Below, piece by piece: positions 32,101-41,839 of a DNA stretch of 64,000 nt (within the stretch, counting starts at the first letter, position 1; every line of letters starts with the position of its first letter). The stretch is taken from the NCBI GenBank assembly GCA_965178125.1, contig OZ237776.1:62001-126000 (forward strand), given 5' to 3'. The position numbers were made by a program, and so were the translations under genes. The notes under the pieces are model-generated. The model had not been told where the DNA came from. It did not search any database and saw only the letters and a list, made by a program, of their open reading frames with translations. The stretch comes from Bilabrum cf. latius. Taxonomy: Eukaryota.

Positions 32101-32935
32101 GTCTCTCACTTCTTTCGAGAGAGCGTTCGGGCACCTGTTTTTGTGCTATAGGGAGGGTCTGGACTGGTACTACGAAGCTGTCACGGTGTTTCGCAGGGTG
32201 CTTGTGGGTGCCATCGCGGTGATTTTGGCCGCGCATCCCTTCCAAAGGCGGGCTGCGCTGTTCGCCTGCACAGTGGGATTCGTGCTGCTGCAGGCCACCG
32301 CGAGGCCTTATTTTCGGAAGGCGGACAACGTGGCTGGGCTTGTGGCCGTGGTCACCGTATGCTGCGTTGCAGGGCTTGAGCTCTCCGGAGGCGACTCCGC
32401 GTCTGCGGATTCTGAGGGAGCGCATCCCTACTTGGCCGCTGCCGGTGTTGCGCAGCTGACCCTGGTGATCCTTGCGGGGGTATGGGTGCTCGTTGGGCCG
32501 TGGGTTGCGCGGTGCATGTAGGAGGCGGCGGCGTGGGGCCTGGGGCATCCTGGCCGATCCAAGGCAGGTAGATCTAGTGGAGGAGGGGGTGCTGCTGCTG
32601 CAGGGTAGGGCACAGGTGACAGGATCGGTGCCACGGGTGATTATGCCGCGGCAGGCAGCACTCAGCCAGTGAATGGCGGCGGCAGCACCGGGGCGGCAGA
32701 TGCCGCCGGCGCATCGCTCTCAGGCGCCGAGGCCATCGTGCGAGCGGCGAGCGGCGGGCTTCAAATCAAGCGGGCCATCTCGAGGTTCAGGTCACGGGCC
32801 TCTGAGACTGCGCAATCGCTGCGGAACATCCAGGCGGTACCAGTAAACGCAGCTCAGATGGCATTTGCGTCAGCTGCGGGGCAGGGGTTGCAGCAGGCAG
32901 GTGGCAGTGGCAGCCCGGGTCCCGATTTATAGTAA
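29105..32935 (+). CDS. Signal-peptide, Cys-rich ectodomain, multi-pass membrane protein (~1070 aa); exons 29105-29192, 29327-29404, 29701-30361, 30544-32935
   Basis: Signal-like MRGIPILWQAAAACFICSLFSGHA. Three GT-AG introns are phase-compatible. Motifs CVDCPRDTF, CRPCPEGATCDGG...GYW, CREGHRGPLCAEC, YYEAVTVFRRV...RPY (same family style as the C-terminus of 6120-18974). In-frame TAGs at 32519, 32606 and 32930, followed by TAA at 32933. Confidence 0.8.
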
Positions 32936-34073
32936 TGCGAAGGCATAATCAGTCGGGCCTGATCCCAAGTCTTACCGACCTTGGACTCCTTCGTGCCTGC
33001 CAGCAATGGCAGTCCAGACGCGATGCCTGACAGCGGGGGCTAGGCTGAGGACGGCATAATCTGTTATAAGTGCGAGGCATAGACGACACGGGGGGGCGGG
33101 GGGGGGGGGGGGTGGCTGCGGCGGTTCAGGAAATATGATGTCTACTTTGCGCGTGGAGGTTTGGTGCAGCGTCGCCATTTGTTGCAGGCGAACTGGGCAC
33201 CCGAAATGTCGAGGCGCTGCAGCCTGCAGCTCCGCTGGCGAGGCCAATTATTTCTCTGCTGTTGCTGTCGAGGTCGCGCTTTAGGCACAATACCCTCTCG
33301 ATGTGCAGGAACGGGTACGACGCAGCGAAGCCGAGGAGAGAACGGTCGAGGGGCCAGCCAAGTGATGTGCGAGCAGGAGCGGCGGGCAAGAAGGTCTAGG
33401 GGAGAGGAGGAAGGGGGGCTAGGGTACACCATGGGTCGGAGGATCATTGGAGGATATGATTGGTGGGGCCGTCTGGTCGACACGGTAGACTAAAGACACA
33501 GACCGGGCACTGCGTGGCACTTGTGTGGGGCATCATGTAGGTGACGAGTGATCACCCGATCACCACAAGCTGATGGGAAGATTACGTAAGTCGGTCACAA
33601 TTGGACTTGAGCGGCAGTCAAGCTGCGAAGTAGCCTACTCGGGTGCTTAGGGGAACCGCTCGCCAGCTCATTCTGTTTGGCAATCTGAGATCACACGTTG
33701 TACACAGCACCCTAATCTCGCAGACAGTCACACATGGTTGCAGTTGGTTTCCTCCGAGAGCCCATCCTCAAAGTCTTGCTGGCCTCACCAACTATGCGAG
33801 GTGACAGCGATAAGCAAATCCAGGATGCCAGGGGCTGCGACCAAGATGAAATCCGATTTGAAACTGTCCTAGCACACTGATTTAATAACGGTTATAACTT
33901 CAAGTTGTACCACACTGATCCTGGATGAGGCCCAAGCCACTTGATGGAAATAAATCCATAACGTGGCCGAGCATTCCGTGGAGACATGCGAACGAAATGG
34001 TGACACGCCTTGCCTAAAACAACCCAAGGCTGTCTCTGGGACCCCATCGAGCGCTCTTGAAATCGTATGATGC

Positions 34074-37000
34074 TCAGTTGGTCTTCTTTTCCCCGCCCGC
34101 CTTGGCCTTGGCCTGCTGGCCCTCCCCCAGCCCAAGCTCCAGCACCTGCCGCATCTCGAGCAGTGCCCCGCGGAGCACCCGAACGAACCTTCGCGAATCC
34201 GTCGTGGGCGCCGACCGATTGGAAGAGATGTGGAAGAACATCTCGCCTTCCAGCTGCACCATGTAAGACACCCCGTACCCGTCAGGGGCCACGGGCCCGA
34301 AGCCGCCGCCAGGAGAGGCCATCCTGGCATCCAGGGCCGATTTCAAGTTCCACATGTTGGTCTGCTGCTGCGGCTGCTGCGACGTGCTGAGTTTCCAGGC
34401 GGTTCCTAGGGCCTGCGCCAGGAAGGGGCTCTCCACCTCCTGTCCCTTGCTCACCACGTACAGAGCAAACAGGTGCCGGTCCACGCCCTGGCCCGCCCGG
34501 GACCTTGCCGTGATGAGGCCGTGCCTCTTGGCACTCGATCGGAGCAGCTCGAGGCGCCTGAGGCCCTCCTCCGCGCTGACCCGTGAGGCATCAGATCGCA
34601 TGATCGGAGCGCCGTCCACCTCGCCCACCGCGTCCTGCCACGCGACCTGCCCCGAGCCAGAGGTGGTTCCGCTGCCGCCGGTGCCCGCCCCAACCGCGGC
34701 GCTCGCACTCGTCACACCCGCAGACTCGTCATCCGCTCCCTCCAATTTTCCATCCTCCAGCAGCCCCATGGACTCGACGAACCTTCGTGAATCCTCCGAC
34801 ACGCTCCGGATCGTCTCCGTGCGACCCTCCTTGAACACCCTCGTCACACTGGCTTCGTAGGTGTCGTCGAGCCTGCCTTGCTGGTCCCTGTAGTATGCCA
34901 GCTGAAGGGCGGCCTGCACGTAGGCATCGGGACTCACCCGGCACTTCTTCACGAAGCTCTTCCCGTAGTCGCTGAAGGAGACGACCTGCAGGTCCACGCT
35001 GTCGGATAGGCCCTTGAGGTGGCGCATCGCACTGCGGATGTCGCGCTCGGCGCCGCGCGGAAGGTGCCACTGCATCCTGCGGAACATAGGGCTGCCGTCG
35101 GAGCGGAGGCAGGAGGTCCTGGTTCCGCAATCATCCGCGGCGGCGCCGCCGGAACCACGCGAACCCGCGGCGCCGCCGGTCCCGGCGTCGAGCTCGTCGG
35201 TTCCGCTGGTGCCCTCTCTCGTCACACCCCCGTCAGATTGCGCGGCGCCGGCGGAACCACCCTTCGCCGCGTGTTCCCCGCCGCGGCCGGTCTTGATGGT
35301 GATCATCTGGTCCTTCTCCAGCATCTCGGCCTCTTGTTCCTTGGGCAGCTTGGGCCGCTTCCAAGTTGCGTTGAAGACCTGCTCCCCCTCGGCGGACCAG
35401 AGCCTCGTCTTCTCCGCTTCCCTGCAGATCGTGCCGTCCGGGTTGTACATCCCAAACCGGAACTCGGCGGTCATGCTGCCCACCTCGATGATGTGCGCCA
35501 CGGCCAGCGCATCGGCCCAGGAGTGCTCCGCGCAGTAGCCCAGGTGCCCGTCCCCGTACGCGACGATCTGGATGGACTTGTCGAACCATCGATCGGCCCC
35601 GTTCCCGTGCATCGCACTGCGGCCGCGCATGGTCCAGCTCTTCTGGTACTCGGAATCGGAAATCCCCTTCTTCTTGCTCGTCTCCCCCTCGGCCCCGTAC
35701 GTCTCCTCCGACAGCACGAGGAACAAGGAGGCGCTCTCAACCTGCTCCAGGGACCTGCGGTTGACTCCCTCCGAGAACCACTGTTCCCTGGCAGCGGCCC
35801 AGCTGGTCCTGTCCCAGCCTGTGAGCGCGGGGACGAGTCTCTCATACGCGTGGGTTCGGCGTAGGAGCCTCCCGGCAGAGGTGTTGGTCCGGCGGAGAGC
35901 GGGGGGCGCGCGTGCTGCTGGTGTCACCACCTCGCGCATGGCCTGTTCGCCTTCCTCCTCCTCGTCATCGTCATCGGCGTCGCTGTCATCATCGCTGCCT
36001 CCCGTGCTGCTGCTGCTCTTGCCCTTATCCTTGCCTCCGCGGTGCTTCTTGTGCTTGGAGTGGCCGCTCGGGGCGCCGCTGGCAGAGACCTCCGCTTCCC
36101 TGGCACCCTTGTCCTGATGCTCGTCCCGAGATCGAGACCCGGTGGCGGTGCCCACCACGGGAGTCCTTGCGTCTTCTTTTTCGGCCTTGGCTTCCGCCTC
36201 TGCGTCGGCTAGCTCGGTGGCTGCCGCGTCCTTCGCCACTGCCTCGAAGGCTGCCGCGAGCTTCGAGGGGTTTAGTAGCCTGCCAGTGCGGGCGTCCACC
36301 GTCTCGACCCTGTAGATGTAGCCCCTGCACAGCACGGCCACGTGCATGGAGTCCTCGTAGGGGTATGTGACGAGTGAGTCGGCGTCCCGGCCGGGCACGC
36401 GCGTGGTGCCGAAGGCTCTCCGGTACTGGTCCATGCACCAGGGAACAAGCCCGCCCACGCGCACGGGGCCCAGCGTTTCGTTCTCAATGGCCCTGCGGAA
36501 CCGGAGCAATCCGTGGATGGCCACAGCGGCCCTTGCCTCCCTGTTGGTGGATGGCAGCCTCCTTGCCTGGTCAAGAACGTAGTAACTCGAGTTGATGGGG
36601 AGTGCCTTGCGGTAGTGGAGGTACACGTAGGTGGTCCACCAGTCCGTGCAGTAGTTTGAAGAGGTCCACCACTTGAGCCTGAGATACCTCTGCAGCTTTG
36701 GACCCTCCTGAGTCAGGAATGCGTCGGCCTTGGCTTGCAGAGCCTCCCTGTCCTTGGGGCTTGTGATCACGGCTCGCGCGCTCTCCAGGTACCGTGATAC
36801 GGTATCTTCCAAGGGGGGCAACGGTAGCGGGGGCAGCACGCTCTGGTAAGAAAAGGTCAGGGGGCGGCCGAACCCCGAGAGAAGCTTCACCAGCACGGCC
36901 CACGTCTTGGACCAGAGAGTGGCCTGTCCGTGGCCGAGGAACATGTACCCCGTCCATGACAAAAGTGCACGCAACAATAGCCGCTGCACGGAGGCGACGA

Positions 37001-37394
37001 GGATGGCACCCAGGACCGCGGCCCACGCCGCCAGCACGCCCACTTTCACGGCAAGGGGCACGCCGGGCACCCAGGGGAACTGCTCGCCGATCCACCAGAT
37101 GGCGTGTGCCAGCCACCCGTTCCGCCACCATGACCCGCTTTCGGCCCTGACCACGACCGTGATGACGAGTGCGACCACGATCAAAAAGACGGCCCAGCCC
37201 CATGGGAACACGGCGTTGTAGATCCACCGGCGCCAGCTGTCTGCGTACCGCACGGTCGCTCGCAGGGCTTTGCGCGGGGGCGGGACGGTGACCGTGCAGG
37301 CAAGGTGCAGTCCACCGTCGTCGAGTTGAAGGCGCATGGCACGTTTGCCATGGCCGATGCGCGGCAGGTCCTGGATGTTGTGTGCTTCCGCCAT
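34074..37394 (-). CDS. Carnitine O-palmitoyltransferase 1-like (1106 aa) with low-complexity insertions
   Basis: N-terminal MAEAH, two TM segments, SYQSVLPPLPLPPLEDTVSRYLES, RWFDKS, catalytic EHSWADA, SPDAYVQAALQLAYY, TYEAS..R.F..GRTETIR, GVDRHLFAL, LSTSQ, GGGFGPVAPDGYGVSY; TGA stop; no internal TAG. Confidence 0.95.
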   Translation of the reverse strand: MAEAHNIQDLPRIGHGKRAMRLQLDDGGLHLACTVTVPPPRKALRATVRYADSWRRWIYNAVFPWGWAVFLIVVALVITVVVRAESGSWWRNGWLAHAIWWIGEQFPWVPGVPLAVKVGVLAAWAAVLGAILVASVQRLLLRALLSWTGYMFLGHGQATLWSKTWAVLVKLLSGFGRPLTFSYQSVLPPLPLPPLEDTVSRYLESARAVITSPKDREALQAKADAFLTQEGPKLQRYLRLKWWTSSNYCTDWWTTYVYLHYRKALPINSSYYVLDQARRLPSTNREARAAVAIHGLLRFRRAIENETLGPVRVGGLVPWCMDQYRRAFGTTRVPGRDADSLVTYPYEDSMHVAVLCRGYIYRVETVDARTGRLLNPSKLAAAFEAVAKDAAATELADAEAEAKAEKEDARTPVVGTATGSRSRDEHQDKGAREAEVSASGAPSGHSKHKKHRGGKDKGKSSSSTGGSDDDSDADDDDEEEEGEQAMREVVTPAARAPPALRRTNTSAGRLLRRTHAYERLVPALTGWDRTSWAAAREQWFSEGVNRRSLEQVESASLFLVLSEETYGAEGETSKKKGISDSEYQKSWTMRGRSAMHGNGADRWFDKSIQIVAYGDGHLGYCAEHSWADALAVAHIIEVGSMTAEFRFGMYNPDGTICREAEKTRLWSAEGEQVFNATWKRPKLPKEQEAEMLEKDQMITIKTGRGGEHAAKGGSAGAAQSDGGVTREGTSGTDELDAGTGGAAGSRGSGGAAADDCGTRTSCLRSDGSPMFRRMQWHLPRGAERDIRSAMRHLKGLSDSVDLQVVSFSDYGKSFVKKCRVSPDAYVQAALQLAYYRDQQGRLDDTYEASVTRVFKEGRTETIRSVSEDSRRFVESMGLLEDGKLEGADDESAGVTSASAAVGAGTGGSGTTSGSGQVAWQDAVGEVDGAPIMRSDASRVSAEEGLRRLELLRSSAKRHGLITARSRAGQGVDRHLFALYVVSKGQEVESPFLAQALGTAWKLSTSQQPQQQTNMWNLKSALDARMASPGGGFGPVAPDGYGVSYMVQLEGEMFFHISSNRSAPTTDSRRFVRVLRGALLEMRQVLELGLGEGQQAKAKAGGEKKTN

Positions 37395-38235
37395 GGTGCT
37401 TGTGCTTGGGTTGGAGTTGCTTTAAAAAAACGCTCGTTTTCGTGAGCAGCGCTGGATTCGGGCTTGCGCTGTGCAAGATGCAGTGCCTGCAATGTTTTCA
37501 AAAGGCAAGAATGAGCGGTCCAAATATCATCAGCAGCAATTCACTCGGTTCAAGCCAGAGCCAAACGTTCTGAGACAGAAGACGAACTGATGCGAATGCA
37601 GTCAAAGGTCATTACAGCAATAAAATCGTGACTGAAGCGGCGGATTCCCAGAACATGACTAGCCATACATACCATTGGATCATGATGTTGTGCATTAATC
37701 GCCTCTGGCTCGACACAAAGCGGCCAAAACGTAGCATCGATGACTCGGCGAAAAGATACGTTCCATCACTCAAGCAGCAAATACTCTTCCAAAAGCGACT
37801 AATACAGAGCACCAACACGACAAATGCACGTTAAATATATTGAGTACTATAATGACACGAATTGAGACGGACCACCAGCATAGACTATGCCTGGCACAGG
37901 CCCACTGCAACTGAATGCGCACCACTGCAACTCTCAACTCCGATCTTGCAAGTTTACCAGCAGCCTTCATTCGGGTGCAAACAACCCACCCACCACTACA
38001 TAACTATACAATTAACTGGCTTACCTAGTATTAGAATTCTATATGAATGGTGCAACTGTACAGGGCAAGAAGTGTGACGGGACCGATTGGGCTTTGGAAT
38101 CACACTGTACAAATGCACGGAAATCTGCATTCCGGATTGGTGGCCGGCAAACAAACATCAAGGACCAACAGAAACGACACCAAGTGTTTCCAACTTTAGA
38201 TAAGTTAAGCATTGTTTGAATTATTCATATAAAAT
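37395..38235. promoter_or_regulatory. Divergent (bidirectional) promoter region between the CPT1-like gene and GrpE
   Basis: AT-richer interval between head-to-head starts; two GATTGG (reverse CCAAT) elements at 38085-38090 and 38135-38140. Function is inferred from position only. Confidence 0.4.
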
Positions 38236-39147
38236 ATGGCATCTGCACGAAGAGCAATGCAGAGGACTATGACGGCCTGCAGCCGAGGTGTTCTGGGACT
38301 GCAGCGCATGCGTATCGCTCAGACCGGCCTGATGGCAGCAAGCCAGCCCGTGCTGCGGCTTGTGAGCCCCATAAGAATGCCAAGCCAGAGCGAGTTGCAC
38401 GCGAGTGCCGTGGCACTGCAGTCGCAGCAGGCAGGAGGAGCTGCATCCGCGGCTGGCGGGGCGCAGGGTTCCGGCGAAGCCGCCGCTTCGCAAGACGGGT
38501 CGTCCACCGTCGCCGCAGAAGGCGAGGACGCAGATACAATTAGTTCTTCAACAGAGGGATCTGATACCGCATCGGCAGCACCAGCATCTACCTCTTCCGA
38601 AGAAACGAGCAAGGCCGAGGATGCGGACGACAGCAATGACGTGGACGTGCTTCACGCCCGCATCCAAGAGCTGGAGGGCGAGCTGGAAGAGGCCAAGAAC
38701 GGGCGATTAAGGGCGCTTGCAGACGCGGAGACGACCCGCCGGATCGCCCAGAAGGACGTGGAGATGGCCAAGAATTTTTCCATTCAGAAGTTCGCCAAGC
38801 AGCTGCTCGACGTGTCCGACAACCTCCAGAGGGCACTGGACCACGTCCCGGAGGAACACGTGGAGCCAGAGGATGCCGAGCCTGGGCCCGCGAGGAGCCT
38901 GGGACTGCTCCGCAGTGGCGTGTCGGCGACGCGGTCCGAGCTGCACCGCGTGTTCAAGGGTCAGGGGATCGAGGAGTTCGGCGAGGTGGGGGAGGCTTTC
39001 GACCCCAACAGGCACGAGGCGATGTTCATGGAGGCTGTGGAGGAGGGGAAGGAGCCGGGGTCCGTGACCCAGCTGCTGCAGACGGGCTTCACGTTCAAAG
39101 AAAGGGTGCTTCGACCGGCCAAGGTGGCTGCCACCCCGGATGAATGA
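38236..39147 (+). CDS. GrpE: Mitochondrial GrpE nucleotide-exchange factor (303 aa)
   Basis: Arg-rich, acid-free N-terminal presequence; RLRALADAE, SIQKFAKQLLDVSDNLQRAL, GEAFDPNRHEAMF, GFTFKERVLRPAKV; TGA stop. Confidence 0.95.
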   Translation: MASARRAMQRTMTACSRGVLGLQRMRIAQTGLMAASQPVLRLVSPIRMPSQSELHASAVALQSQQAGGAASAAGGAQGSGEAAASQDGSSTVAAEGEDADTISSSTEGSDTASAAPASTSSEETSKAEDADDSNDVDVLHARIQELEGELEEAKNGRLRALADAETTRRIAQKDVEMAKNFSIQKFAKQLLDVSDNLQRALDHVPEEHVEPEDAEPGPARSLGLLRSGVSATRSELHRVFKGQGIEEFGEVGEAFDPNRHEAMFMEAVEEGKEPGSVTQLLQTGFTFKERVLRPAKVAATPDE

Positions 39148-39443
39148 GACGGGCGAGAAGGAGAAGAGCAGCAGATCGACAGGAAGGAGCAAGGAACGGC
39201 CGTGGGGGAGGGCTCCTGGCGCCGGCATCTTGTCTTTTCGCATGGGAAGCCCTAGAAATGTTAAGGGTTCGGGGCAAATTGCCCCCTTGTTTGGTGAATG
39301 AGAGCAAATAATCTTGTACAGTTCGTCGTTCAGCGAACCAGGCGAACGTTCATATACGCGTGCTAACGGATCGAACTTTTTCGCCGCGGTTTCAGGTCAA
39401 ATAGTTGCTTGTGCTCTGAACTTGTATATATTCTGGAATACAC

Positions 39444-41227
39444 ATGCGAAGCTCGGGCCTCTCGAGAGCCGGGTCGTCCTTGGTTGGCACCAGAGGGAGA
39501 GGGCGAGAATCCAGCGGGGCCGCGAAGAATCCATTTGCGCTTCCATCCGAGGAAGAGTTCGGGCAGTTGCGGGAGAAGGAACGCGAAGAGAAAATACGAG
39601 TGAGATCAGTGAAAGATGTGCACCATTTGCTGACATAGCCGATCGGATTGTCAACAGCACTTCTACAAGTACGATTCAATGTCGAGTGCCATCGCCCACC
39701 TTTTCTCTGCAGGCCCGAGAGGAGTTGAGCCGAAAGAAAGTATGGGAGAAGCTGCCATCGACGCACCGTACAGGGAGAATCAAGCGGTTGACCGAAGCTG
39801 ACGTCCCGGTGAGGGACGAGACTGCCCGGGAGCAGATTGCTCGCACGCAGCGCCTCGTGGCTTCCGCCACCCAGGCCATGGGCGTGGGAGGCCGCCGGCC
39901 TGGGGACCGAGAAAGCATAGGAGCATTTCTTTCCAAGAAGCGCGAGATGTTTCTCGTTCAGATGTCCCTGGACACCAAGAGGGAAGAGATTCAGAAACTG
40001 GAGCGCAAGGCCCAGCTCAAGGAAGAAGCGCTCAAGAAATCCGAGGTCATGCTGGAGGAAGACGCGATCAGGTTCGACGCGTTTCTAAAGGAAAACGACA
40101 AGGAAGCATTCCAGGCCCTGAAGCAGGCCGAGGCAGAAACGAAGAAGAAGCAGGAAGCGCTCCAGCGCATCAAACGCCTTCGTCACACCATCAACGCGCT
40201 CTCCACGGAGACAGCCAAGATCCGGGACAGCCTCAAAGCATGCAAGCGATACAAGTCCTTCCTGGACTCGTTGACAGACGAGTCATGGCTGCAGGAGCGG
40301 CGGCAGGAGAAGCGGCAGAGGCAGGAGGAAAGAAGGAGGGCGCGGCTGGTGGAGCGGCAGTCCGCCTGGGAGCAGGTGCGACAGAGGAAAGAGACGGAGG
40401 TTAGGAAATACGCCAGGCAAGAGAGACAAAAGGCGCTCAGGGACGGGGAACAGCCCCCCAACTTCGACATCCCTGCCATGGTGCTATCGGAGGTACCCCC
40501 CAGGCCCACGGACGCCGACGAGCCGCTCACTTCCAGCGGGGAAGACCTGCCCATGTACTTCGTGAGGCCGGGTCAGCTCCTGGAAAAATTCGCTAGGAAA
40601 GAAGCGGAGAACCTCAGCCTGATCCAGCAGGCCCAGGGAACAGAGCAGCAGCTGGAGGAGCTGCGGGCGCAGCACCGCGAGATCAGGGCCGTGGCAGAGG
40701 CGCAGCAAACGGCCCAGCAATCGAGCCTGAAATCGCTCAAGGGATAGATCGTCTCAGAGGCGCGAAGGGGGGACGCGTTGGCTCGGCGGGCCGCGGTGAC
40801 CGGCGGGTCTGCGGCTCAGGCCCGTCTGCTCAGCAAGCTCGGCCGCAAGATCGAGACCGTGCACGACGCGTGCGTGGGGGCTCAGGCCAGCAAGCCCACC
40901 AGGATCGGTATGCTCACTCGCCTTGAGGGCGAGCTGGAGCACCTGCTCGAGGACATCTCCAAGATTCCGAAGGAGTACGTTGAGAGGCAGGAGGACGCCC
41001 TGGAGAAGACTAGGAGGGAGCACAGGGTCAAGGAGAGGAAGGCGGAGCAGGCCAGATTGCAGCAGGAGAGGCTGGCGCGGTCGGTGGCGAGGTCCGATGC
41101 ACCGGTGCAGAAACGCGCCACCAAACCGGTCATGTGGAGGAGCCGGCCGCCCGTGAAGAAGGTCAAGGAGGAGGCGCCCGACCCTGCGAGGCTGCAGGAA
41201 CTGGAAGACCTCAAGTTCTTGACGTGA
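39444..41227 (+). CDS. CFAP100: Cilia- and flagella-associated protein 100 (CCDC37)-like (~556 aa); exons 39444-39599 and 39713-41227; in-frame TAG at 40745
   Basis: NPFALPSEEEF; FLSKKREMFLVQMSLDTKREEIQKLE...LEEDAIRFDAFLKEND; LPMYFVRPGQLLEKF...ENLSLIQ; MLTRLEGELEHLL; KPVMWRSRPP. Intron GTGAG...CTGCAG at 39600-39712. Confidence 0.88.
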
Positions 41228-41839
41228 TGATGATAAGAACAGTATGCTGTTTTCTTTCCTGGCAGCTCTTAATGCGCTCGTGCCGTTCAGGTGCCCGATT
41301 CAGGGACTGGATCACTCGCCGGAGGTTCCGCTGCCAGCGAAAATTGCGCGGCGGCAGGCGTGCTCAGCCTCGTAGCATTTGCAGATCGTGGGCTGTGTGA
41401 TGTGCGTTTCGCGGCGATATGTTAAGTTACTAACACATTTGCCGTTGCAGATTGATTCGTTCCAGGAGGGTTATGGTGAATCTGAAATGTCGTATCGTCA
41501 GAATCAGTCGGGATTGCTCGAGAGCCTCGAGCCTCCAGGCCCCTTCCAACAGACGAGCGCGCGACACACTCCAGGTCTCAGTGCAACGGCTTGCACATCT
41601 CGCAACAGTGCATTTCTGAGGACACAACCACCCCCCCCCCCCCCCCCCCCACCACCAGCTGCATCCTCGCACAACCCCTCACGTGACGCCTACCCTTCCC
41701 ACGCCACGCATCGTGCCTCCCACGCTCTCATCTCACGGCCTGCCCCAACCGTGGTGGTCCAACGCGCACCACCCCCCATGACTGTCTCACCACCCCCCAT
41801 GACTCTATCACGTAAAAAACGCGAGCAAAAGCCCCACAC

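Noticed and set aside
32936-34073. Possible extra gene or ncRNA between convergent genes
   Set aside because: The short ORFs lack motifs and I could not build a consistent exon chain even with TAG=Gln; left unannotated.
33090-41650. Homopolymer runs (G-rich 33090-33112, C20 at 41631-41650)
   Set aside because: Isolated simple repeats whose lengths are error-prone in assemblies; no evidence of function.
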